This document shows positions 45,912 to 57,672 of a stretch of DNA of 64,000 nucleotides, in pieces. A program made the translations under genes and the position numbers. A model generated the notes under the pieces. It saw only the letters and a program-made list of their open reading frames with translations. It had not been told where the DNA came from and did not search any database. The stretch covers positions 22,940,001-23,004,000 of the forward strand of contig OX597822.1 in assembly GCA_951406725.2 (NCBI GenBank), in the 5' to 3' direction. Positions within the stretch are counted from its first letter, which is position 1. The number at the start of each line of letters is the position of its first letter. The stretch is from Octopus vulgaris. Taxonomy: Eukaryota.

Positions 45912-48900
45912 TGAAGTAACAATACCATGCTCAGTGAAGTAGAGGGCACTGTGGTGTGCATGGAAGTTGCAGATGCAAACCCAGGTGAAGCTGACTGCAG
46001 GTGCATTAACATCATGCATGGGCACTGCTGGCATTTTGTATAGTCAATGGTCAGTGATGGTCTTCCTTGGTCACAACTGGACAGCCATCAGCATCATGTG
46101 TATGTGTGTGTGTGTGTGGAAAATGCACCCAATAAGAAATATATCGCACATACATATACAGACACACACGTACAGCTATATTTAAATACATTAAATACAT
46201 TTCTCATTAACCCTTTCGTTACTGTATTTCTGTTGAGATGCTCTGTGTTTCTTTCAATTACTTTAAAATATAACAAACAATTTAGTAAAATAACTTAGTT
46301 ATCATTCAGCTAGTGTTAGGAACATACATTGTGACTAAGGTTTGGTGGAAGATTTTAAATTCAGAACTTTTGAAAACAAGACATTTGTACTACAGAGCCA
46401 GAGCTGGGTTTGTAAACGAAAGCGTTAAGAAATCACACCAGGGAGTTTATATTGTGTAAGCTTTCATCTGCTTCTCGACTCATACCATACCATCAAAAAC
46501 ACATGTACACAAACACACAATTCTCACAATCACCAAGGCACAAATTTGCATCTATACACTATTGTTCAGTGTAATTGTTCATAGTCCTAATGAAAAAGTA
46601 TCATTTAGCCCCTTCCTAGTGTTACTAGTCATTAGCCATAAAACTGTATTTATTAGCGTATAATGCAATCTTGAATATAATGCAACATACCCAGCAGCAT
46701 TTTAACTACTTATTTAATGTGACCTATAAGACAGCTACAGTTATCTTTTAAGACACCAATATAACATTGCTGCAGATTTTGAAACACATTAACCTTTTTG
46801 ATACCTATCTCTGTCTGAACCCTTTTGATACCTATCTCTGTCTGCTTTAAAGTTATCTAAACCAAACCTTCTTTCAAAATTTCACGTAAACAGTTTAAGG
46901 ATCACAAGTTATTTTACTAAATTCTTGATTATTTTTGAAATTAATTGAAATAAAGGCTCTTTTGGTTATGAATGACCATGGGATTGCACTTAGAAAGTTA
47001 CCTCCTGAGGCACAAGTCTGGGCAAGGTTGTTTAAGGAAGACTAGCAGTCACCCATGTATATCAGTCTCCCCTCTCCACACCACTGATGTTATCCAAAGG
47101 AAAAGATAAAGGCCAATATAGCTTGGCACCTGTGATGTCACAACTCATTCCTACAACAGAGTGAACTGGAGCAACATGAAATAAAGTGTCTTGCTCAAGA
47201 TCACAACACGTAGCCCAGTCCAGGAATTGAACTCACTACCTCGTGATTGCCAGCCCGATGCTTTAACCACTGAACCATGTGTGAAATGAAGACAGAGTAT
47301 TTCAACAGGAATTTGGTAACAAAAGGGGTTAAACATGGAAAAAGAAACTAAGCTAAAACAGATGCCAAGACTGGCATTTAGAACATCAGCTGACATGAAA
47401 TTTTGATAGAAGGGTTTGATTTAGGTTACTTTAAAAACAGGAAATTTGTATCGCGGAACCAGGAGCAGACTCATGTAGGATGGTATTAAATGGGTCAAAT
47501 CAAATCACTTTTAAACAATAGTATGTACAACCACATAACAACAGCAGAGCAAACAAAATTAACAACTGCTGTTTGATGGCTTTGCTGTACATACAGTGTC
47601 TCATAACTGCAGGTATTGAAGCGTATGCATCAATTGTTAAATATTTTGCCTTTTGGTATCTTCATTTTCTCAGATTTGTCTGTCTGTCTATCTATCTCTC
47701 TATTTCACCCGAATATAATGCTACTCCCAAGTTGGACCCCACCTTTTTTTATATTAACTCTTTAACTTCCTGTTCAGAACAGTACTGCAAGAAAGCGCAT
47801 TGGTCAGCCAGTTCCGAAATGCGTATCAAAATAAATGTACTAACTTTGTTTACATTCATTTTGAAAGAAACAAGGAACATTCTAATAAAACGGAACAATC
47901 TAATCTCCTCCTCTATCATTTATTTCTGTTCTGTACTGGAATCATTACAGAACAGGAGCATTTTTTGACTTTAAAAATTTTAAACAGGATTTTACAAGTT
48001 AAATTCTTCATAGTAAATAAATTTGAACATGGTTAAGATACTTAGTGTCAAAGATAAAGTAAGAAAAAATAAATGAACATATAAACTGATTAACTCATTC
48101 ATTAGGATTAGGGTCAGTATGTGTTTACATTGAATAAAATAATAAATCAAAGTTTGTTGGATGTTAAAAATTTAGTATTTAATTAGTGTAGACAATGAAT
48201 GCCATCAAATAATCTGAGATAGTGAGAAATGAAATTAGGTTTATTTTATATATATAATCCAACAAAGACTTGAAAGTCTCACCTGAATTTTTCATATTTC
48301 CCTCTTCCAAGAAAGAAATAAAAAAAAAAGCATGGCTCAAATTCTCTTGGATTAGAACCAATTCTCTCAGTTGAAGAAAGAAATCAATTGCTGCAGTTAA
48401 TGTAAAGCTTGTAAAGCTGGAGGTTAAAGTGTTGTGAAAACAGATTGTAGAGAAGAGGATTCTATTGAATAAGTCTTTGAAATGAAGGACTGTATAGAAC
48501 TATTAGTGGAAGAAACAGAGTAAAGACAGAAAGAAAGATAGAAGCAGGTGATAGTGCAACAGGTGAGTTCATTCTGAGTTGAAGAGAGGAATGAAGCCAA
48601 GTTCTGAAGAACGAAATGTGTCCTGGAAGACGCAGAAAAGAGGTGTTGTATGATGATGAATCAGGGAACCAATTTCTTTTTTTTTCTTTTTGCCTCCAGT
48701 AATCAAGCGGATGGCTTTCTGGTGTAAGTCACTTCAGATGCCAGCATTTAGAGACAAGAGACCATTATAAAACATAAGAGCATTACTGTAAAATGAAATA
48801 CAGTCACGCTAACAGCTGACATACTTCTTAGATCTAAACTGAGAGAAAAAAACAAACAAGATTCTTTGATTTGATTTTGGTAATACCGAATATTCCTGGT

Positions 48901-49455
48901 ATGTTTCATTGGATGCCATTTTAATGATTGATCTCTAAATGAGTAAAAAAAAAAACCCCCCAAAAAACTGGATGATTAATGTTGGAAGAAAGAAATATAT
49001 ATGAAATTGTACGATTGTGAGGAAGATGGATAAAATGATTTTGGTATACACTGTGTGGGAATTGATATTTTCAGACAAAATGTGGATGGGAGAATTAAGT
49101 TCTAGCAAAACTAGCTCTGCTAGTACAGACATGTGATCAGAATGGACAGTGGAAACCTAGAATAAAAGCATGACCACAAGAATAAGGATTAATGCAAACT
49201 AAACAGGAAAAGGTTTGGATTGGTCTTGGATAATTTTGATTAACAACAGGCATAACCATGGAAAGAAATAGCGAAAGAGTAGTTGCAAAAGTTTGTCCAT
49301 GAAAATATAGTATAAACTGTTTGTGATGATAATATATTATGTATGTGTATATGTATATATATATATACAACACACACATATATATACATACATATACACA
49401 CACACACATATATATACATACATATACACACACACACATATATATACATACATAT

Positions 49456-49508
<53 letters not shown>

Positions 49509-49890
49509 CACACATACATACACATATATATACACACACGTATATACATAATGTGTTTGTGTATGTCTATATATATATATGTATTATAAACTCTGAGTTA
49601 GAAAGATGTTGTTGAGAAAACTATGTTAATAATAGTACTGATATGAAAACATCTTGCACATTAAATATTGTTGCCAAGATTTCATTTTTAAGAAATTTAC
49701 ATTTCACTCAAATAATCTATTTCATTGATAGTTTTTGATGTGTGTTGATGAGCCTCAAACCCAATGTTTTATTGTAAAACTATTTATTATAAATGCATTG
49801 GGGAAGAATTCATTAGTAATTGACTTTCAATTAGACAAGCAAGTTTAAATCAATGTCTAGCCTGTAAAGATGATATGCCGTGTTAAAGGA

Positions 49891-50098
49891 TACTCTTACT
49901 CTTACTGGTTTCAGTCATTTGACTGTGGCCATGCTGGAGCACCGCCTTTAGTCGAGCAAATCAACCCCAGGACTTACTCTTTGTAAGCCTAGTACTTATT
50001 CTATCAGTCTCTTTTGCCGAACTGCTAAGTTATGGGGACGTAAACACACCAGCATCGGTTGTCAAGCGATGTTGGGGGTGACAAAAACAGACACACAA

Positions 50099-50134
<36 letters not shown>

Positions 50135-50296
50135 ATATATACGACAGGCTTCTTTCAGTTTCCGTCTACCAAATCCACTCACAAGGCTTTGGTTGGCCTG
50201 AGGTTATAGTAGAAGACACTTGCCCAAGGTGCCACACAGTGGGACTGAACCCAGAACCATGTGGTTTGTAAGCAAGCTACTTACCACACAGCCACT
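49891..50296 (-). mobile_element. Full-length CORE-like tRNA-derived SINE (family C reference copy)
   Basis: Minus-strand head gtggctgtgtggtaag...gggttcagtccc (A/B boxes), accttgggcaagtg (CORE-like), an internal microsatellite and an (AGTAAG)n-like tail. Confidence 0.9.
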
Positions 50297-51206
50297 TCAA
50301 TGATATTGTATAAAATACCCCAAAGAAGATGCTTTTGTTAGAAACCATATTTGAAATAACATGGTTTAGCATGTGCAATAGACATAGACAGACAGTATGA
50401 GCAAATGACAGTATGATAACTTGAAAGTTTATAGAGATTGCACAGGAGTATAACTGGTATGGAGAATACCTCAGAGGAGAAAAATCAACAGGTACATCCA
50501 GAAAATAAAATCAGGCACAATAGTTTCAAACACATCGGTAGATCTGACACTAGAGGAGCCATCAATACTAACTTCTGAAACTTATATTTTCGTTTCTATT
50601 TCTGATGATGGTGGTGATGATGATGATAACAAAGGATAAAGTATAGGCAACTTCCATGGTTTGATAAAGAGAAAAGGACAAAGGTAATAATATGTCTGCT
50701 CCTCCATACAGTTTGATGACTAGAACTGAGATCAATCATTAGTTAGCTTTGATTTGTTGCAGTAAACGAATGTAAATATTTCAATGAAGGGCAATGAGAA
50801 AGAAATCACAGAACCCAAGCAATATTGCAGCAACTGAATAGTCTGAGACAACATAGCCATGCAACAGAGCAGCAGCAGCAAAAGTTAAACCAAGCGAGGT
50901 TAAAATAGACGTGCAAGCTAGAAAAAAAAAAGGTAACAATTATAATTATTATTAATATTCAAAAAAATTATTTTTGAAAAAACAAAGCATGCATTTTCTG
51001 CGATGTAAAAAAAAAAAAGAAAGAAAAATAGGTTAATATTATAAGCTGTTCAATGCCAGAAAGTACGAGAAGAAAAAAGAGGTAGAAAAAAATCTAAAGT
51101 TTGGATATTATATTGAAAAAATAGAAAAAGGATTTTATGGTATGAAAATGAGCTAAGGAAATAATGAAAAGTTAGATGATGTTTTGGAAGCAAGTGAAAA
51201 TCTTAC

Positions 51207-51239
51207 CGTTAGCAACCTGAGCTGTCAGTGATACTGAAT
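51207..51239 (-). CDS. MTSS1: Candidate 33-nt cassette exon of the MTSS1-like gene, phase 1-1
   Basis: ccatacag|ATTCAGTATCACTGACAGCTCAGGTTGCTAACG|gtaaga. Reads (D)SVSLTAQVAN in frame between the flanking phase-1 exons. Confidence 0.6.
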
Positions 51240-51567
51240 CTGTATGGATAATATACACAAAATATTGTGACAGAGACAACAGATGTAAGCTAAGAGATGA
51301 AAGTTAAAATGGCAGCAATAATGCAATGAAGTAAATGAAAGACTAAATAAAAGGAATACTACACCCCATGATAATAAGTATAGGTGACATTTTATTTGTT
51401 CTCTCTTCTTGAAATGGGGATAGAGGGAGGAAAAATCATTTTGTCCCCATTTAGTTTTTTTAAAATAAATTTTAAATTATTTATTTAAAAGTCCAATTTG
51501 TGTTTTGATATTCAACAAGGAAGAGGTTATTACTGTCAGTTGGATTCAAGTCAGAAGTATAATTAAA

Positions 51568-51958
51568 CTAGCAGTATTGCGCTGCGTTGCTCGGGTTTGT
51601 TTCAACCCTTTAGAATTGGAATTTTTGAAAAGTAAAAATTTTGCATTATGTAGCTTGTAATTCTCTTTAAGTGAACATTTTTCTGGTTGAAATACACCGA
51701 AAAATGGCAACACAGCAGTCAAAAAATCATAAAAAATAGGGATTTTCATAGAAAAAAAAGCACCTTTTTGATGTAAATAATTTTTGGTCTTAACATGGCC
51801 CGATTTGAATTTTATCTTCTACGGAATGAAGAACAAGCCTTCTTCTATCATACTCTCAATTTTGGTCAACTTGCACTGCAGGGTCTCGGAGGAGATAGTG
51901 TTAGTTGAAGGCTACCAAACCTGCCACACACAGACAAATTCAGCTTTATATATATAAA
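51568..51958 (-). mobile_element. Non-autonomous Helitron-like element
   Basis: Minus-strand 3' end ccgagcaacgcagcgcaatactgCTAG|T and 5' end t.tatatatataaagctg, both typical Helitron termini. Confidence 0.7.
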
Positions 51959-54900
51959 TATGTCTCAGCAGCAAGTATGTGTATGCACACACACACACAC
52001 CACACATATATACACCATACTGACTTTCCAGACACTGGTGGTCTGGAACCACTTATAATCTGCACTAATTTATGAGCAGAAACTTCATATTCAGATTTAA
52101 TTTAGAGTGTGTTGGCCAAGTTGGCCCCTGAGTCAGAAAAATTAGTAATCTGGAAAGACTTAGGAACCAAAGATTCTGGAAAATCAGTGTTGTACCTGTG
52201 AGTGTGTACACACATACATGTGTGTGTATACGCACACATATGGTTTGTCAAGCAGAGAGAATTCAATTTCAATACTGATGGTAGAATTAACTATATTTTT
52301 GTATGGTGCTTATGAAACGCAGGATGTTACTTAAGTTTCAGGTTAACCCCTTAGTTGAAACTATATCAGTCAGTTCCAACACATGAGTGTTCATTTAACA
52401 GAAAATATCTAATGACTGAATACCCATGCATGTTTGAAGTGCCTGAGAGTTTATTCTATAGTCTTACATGAAACTTAAATAACAGTCTGTATTTTTAAAG
52501 TACTGTCATCATCATCCTCATCATCGTTTAACGTCTGCTTTCCATGCTAGCATGGGTTGGACGATTTTGACAGAGGTTTGGCGAACCTGATAGCTGCACC
52601 AGGCTTCAATCTTGATCTGGCAGAGTTTCTACAGCTGGATGCCTTTCCTAATGCCAACCACTCTGAGAGTGTAGTGGGTGCTTTTATGTGCCACCGGCAC
52701 GGGGGCCAGTCAGGTGGTACTGGTAACGACCTTGCTTGAATCTTTTTACACATGTCACCAGCACAGGAGCCAGTAAGGCGACACTGGTAACTATCATGCT
52801 CGAATGGTGCCTTTTATGTACTACCGGCATGGAAGCCAGTTGGCTGCTCTGGCAACGATCACGCTCGGATGGTGCTCTTAGCACCCTACTAGCATGGGCA
52901 CAAGTGCCAGTAAGGTGAAGATGGTAACGATCACACTTGAATGGTGCCTTTTAGGTGCCACTGGCACAGAAGCTGGTTAGCCACTCTGTCAATGATCACA
53001 CTCGTATGGTGCTCTTTGCACCCCGCTAGCACCAGTCATCAAATTTGATTTTGATTTTGAAGACAAAATATATACTCTTGTTCACAGCTGCTGATCTGCT
53101 CCTCACAACTCAGAGTTTCATGTGAGCAACTTAAGTATTGATGGAATGACGAATGATCAGCTTCAAATTAATAAATTCTACATGTATTGAGTGCTTTTTC
53201 TCTCATTTGGTCATCCAAGTGTTTGTATGCTTATCTATGTACATCTGTTATCTTTTACTTGTTTAAGTCATTGGACTGTAGCAATGCAAGGTCACCGTCT
53301 TGAAGTGTTTAGTCGAACAAATTGATACCAGTACTTATTTTTAAGTCAAGTACTTATTCTATCAGTCTCTTATGCTGAACTGCTAAGTCATAGGGATGTA
53401 AACAAATCAACATCAGTTTCCAAACAGTGTGTGCGTGTGTATGAGGGACAAACACAAAGATACACACACACATATATATATATATACATGATGAGCTTCC
53501 ACACAGTTTCCATCTACCAAATTCACACACAAGGCATTGGTCGGCTTGGGGCTATAGTAGAATAGTAGAAGACACTTGCTCAAGGTGCCATGCAGTAGGA
53601 CTGAACCTAAAACCACATGGTTGCAAAGCAAACTTCTTAACTACACAACCAAAGAAGAGAATTTAAAATATTAATTTTCAATAATTTGGCCTGCTTACTT
53701 GCTCCCCTGGGTGACACACTCAAATGCTAATTAACGTATCTAAAGGATTAAATTTGATGTGAAATTTGTTGTGAGAAAGATGTGATTCTGATTGCCATGT
53801 TTACTTTAAAAAAAAAAAAAATTCAATTTAAAATATTAGTTTTTATTTTTTGCCTACTTGGCTCAAACACTAATTAGTTGTATCTAAAAGGTTAATTATG
53901 GTATGAAATTTAATGAGGGAGGGACTTAAGAAACTACATGGAACTGCTGAAGCAGCTGCTCAAGTGTTTTTTTTTTAGTTAGTAGTTTGGTTTGGTGTTT
54001 GAAAATGGAGTTAGCTTCAACAAATCAACTATGATTTTTGTCCCCACATAAAAATAACCTAAAAAGGTTAGATAACAAGTAAAATGGATTTTAAAAAAAT
54101 TCATCTCCAAATCTGTTAGCACTTTGATCTCACAATTGTTTAAACTAAATGACAAACTGAAATTGTAGCATTTTCTAGGAAAATAATATTTGACTGGTGA
54201 GTTGGTGAGGCTGAAGTCTTGCTAAAATATTACAGTATTTGTGTCATCATCATCGTTTAACGTCCGTCTTCCATGCTGGCATGGGTGGGATGGTTTGACA
54301 GGAGTAGGCCAAGCAGGAGCCTGCACCAGACTTCTGTGTCTGTTTTGGCAAGATTTTTACAGCTAGATGTCCTTCCTAATACCAACCACCCAGCAGAGTG
54401 GACGGAGTGCTTTTTACATGGCACCAGCACAGGTGAGGTCAGTCTTGGCAAGGTTTTTACAGTTGGATGCCCTTCCAAACACCAACCACTTTACAGTGTG
54501 GACTGGATAAAAATTACAAATTAGTCTGCAATTCCCCATCTCAAATTGGAAACCTGGCCTAAATGCTTCCAACAGAGTGAACTTCACTAAAGGTAGCCAA
54601 AATGCCAAGTAGTGGGGCTAACCAGGATACCAGGTTAAGCCTATCACCTGAGTAGGCCATGGGAGGATTTGAACTCAGAACACAAAGAGCTGGAATAAAT
54701 ACCACAAAGCACCCATACAGTTCCTCTAATCTACCACCTTGGATTGGTATTTTTTTAATTGACTTCGTAAGGATGAAAGGTGAAGTTGGCTTCAGCAGGA
54801 TGAGCTCAAACGGTAGTAAGTTGGAACAAATACTACAATACCACAAAGGATTCTGACTGATGCTCTACTGCCTCTCTCTCTCTACCACTTTGCCACCATT

Positions 54901-55845
54901 GAGTTCATGAGTTCTCATCAAAGGGAGGGACTAATACAGGTAAACAAGAAAGCTTATAAAAAGAAAATCTTTCCAATTTTAGCACAAGGCCAGCAATTTT
55001 GAGAAGCAGGAAGTTAATTATATTGATCCAAGTACTTGACTGGTACTTCATTTTATGAACCCCGAAAGGATGAAAAAAGTTCACCTTGCAGGCATCTAAA
55101 CTCAGAATGTTAAGAACCAGAAGAAATGTTGCAAAGCATTTTGCCTGATGTTATAATAATAATAATCCTTTCTACTAGGCACAAGGCCTGAAATTTCTTG
55201 GAGAGGGGACTAGTTGATTTCATTGACCCCAGTACATAAAACTGGTACTTGTTTCATTGACTCTGAAAGGATGAAAAGCAAAGTCAACCTCAGTGAAATT
55301 TGAACTCGGAATGTAAAAACAGATAAATGTCGCTAAGCACTTTGCCCGGTGTGCCAACAATTCTGCCATTATCTTTTTAGTAAAGCTTTGTTTTTCTTTT
55401 TCTTTCCATTTTTATCAGTGTTACATTCTGACCATAGAAGGCAGGAAATCCAAAACAAAATGTACCCATGACAACCTGGCAGTGCCTCCCCTAGTTTTTA
55501 TACTTTCTCCTACATCTGGTTTTAAAAATAACCCTCACACACACACACCACTGTAATAAACGCTCCCTTTGGATATTTTCAGATATTCACAGTTGATATT
55601 TTGAAGTAAAATCCATTTGAGCCAATCATGAACATTGAAACTATTGTTTGGCTGAGATTTAAAGCATTAGTCGTAACAGAACAAGATGGAAAAACAGAAC
55701 AGAACACACTCACACATTGAAAATGAGTAACGTGTGTATATAAAATATGGAAGCATTAAATAAATGCCAACTTTTTCAAAAGATGCAAAAGTAAATTAGA
55801 AGAACAAAACGACATGTTTTAGGCACCAGGTGATTAGGCTCTTAC

Positions 55846-56035
55846 CTCCAGATGCTATAGTATCCTCAGAACCTGCTGGGGTAGAATTCATTGTTCCATA
55901 TCCACTAGAACATTGCAGAGATGTACGGCTTGTTGTTGTGACAGCATTAGTTGTCGGTTCTTCGTAATGGGACGTTAGAGCAGCAGTGGTAGCTTCTAGT
56001 TCTTTAATGGCTAATTCAAGACTGTTTTGCTGGGC
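55846..56035 (-). CDS. MTSS1: MTSS1-family internal exon, 190 nt, phase 0-1
   Basis: ggtcag acceptor and GAG|gtaaga donor. Encodes AQQNSLELAIKELEATTAALTSHYEEPTTNAVTTTSRTSLQCSSGYGTMNSTPAGSEDTIASG, compare MTSS1 SLQCSSGYSTQTTTPCCSEDTIPS. The upstream I-BAR exons were not found and presumably lie beyond the window. Confidence 0.93.
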
Positions 56036-56149
56036 CTGACCAAACAGATATTTAGATATTACAAGATCAGAACATAGCGACAGCAGTGCATTATTTATAT
56101 ATATATGTGTGTGCATGCATTTGTGTAATGTACACACACATATACTATA

Positions 56150-56189
<40 letters not shown>

Positions 56190-56241
56190 CAAACAAACAA
56201 ACACATATATAAAATAGAATTTCTGAAAACAATAATATATT

Positions 56242-56298
<57 letters not shown>

Positions 56299-57444
56299 TG
56301 TAACAAGCTACATACCAGTGGCTGCCATTTTATTGTATGTTAATAAAAACCTCAATACATGCTACATAAAACAAACAACACCCCAAATCTCAATAGTGCA
56401 ATAATAATCAGTTAAAACATAATTAGAGAGTATTATTTGAACGATATTTAAAGATCTTGTTCTGCAAAATTCAAAAACGATTGAAACTACATTAGGTAAT
56501 TTTTATTTAAGCAAAAATGTTTTAATAATTAATTCAAATTGTGAAAATAAACCTCATAGTGGACAGAGATAGGGTAACAAATATATATTTATTTATGCAT
56601 TTATTTGGGACTACAGACTACAAGGACACAAGCTGAAATTTCATTGCTACACCCACAGAATTTTATCTCCTACACAAACCATAAAATTTTGCTTGCCACA
56701 CCATCTGGTTGACAAACGAGCTTCACAGTTTTACAATTAAGTTGTGTAGCAGTTGGCAAGGTGACTAATAATAAAGTTCTTGATTTAACCCTCTTGATAT
56801 CAACCTGTTTGAGACTACTCTTGGTTCTATGCTACGATTTCACTGCCATAAAGTGATCTAAATAAAAACTTTCTCCCATCAAAATTTTGTTCATTTATGT
56901 TTCAAACACCAGTATAATAATTACAAAGTTATTCTACATATACTTGGTTATTTTTAAAATTAGCTGAAGGAGAAGAAAAAAGTATATTTATTTCAGCAGA
57001 AATATGCTAATGAAGGGGTTAAATTCATATTAGAAGGGTTTTATTCTTCATAAGGGTCAGTAAATACAACAGAGCTTACCAGACAATTTCAACATCTTGC
57101 TACTTTTTTCAATTGCTAAATCTTATATTGGTGCCATATTTTGTGGTGCCATTTTGCATGGCAGCAAGAAAGACCCAGTATTTTCAGAGCAATGAAATAT
57201 AGATTACAAGGTTTGTAGCAACTGAAGCAATGTGTAAGTTCTTCACAATTCTCATATTTAATTGGAAATCTATCTTAATAGTGATTAATGTACAATATTC
57301 CAGAAATACCAAATAGAATGGTATCAAGACTTTTGATCAATTATCAAAGAGCAAGCTGTTCACCATTTGATATAATCCAATTGACATTCTCTTGTAAAAT
57401 CCCCAACATTAACAGGATTATCAAGTATAGTTCTCAATCTTTCT

Positions 57445-57672
57445 GAACCCTTCGCCTGTCCTGTGTATCATACTTGGTACATAGGAGATATTTCCCTGTC
57501 ATCCATATATTACTGTTGGATACAGACTCCCAATTTTTTCTTTTTCAACCACCAGAAAGGACAAATTTATATTACTCAGACTGAATGAAATGAGGATTGA
57601 TTAAAAGTCTTAAAACAAGCATGGATGTTTAGGGACAAAGTTATGAAAACTCTTTGGACAGGCAAAAGGTTA
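57445..57672. mobile_element. piggyBac-like MITE family 3
   Basis: aacccttcgcctgtcc ... ggacaggcaaaaggTTAA inverted ends. Confidence 0.6.

Noticed and set aside
48380-48670. Purine-rich stretch that looked like a Ser-rich MTSS1 exon on the minus strand
   Set aside because: The frame I translated hits a stop, and there is no convincing splice-site pair or MTSS1 similarity.
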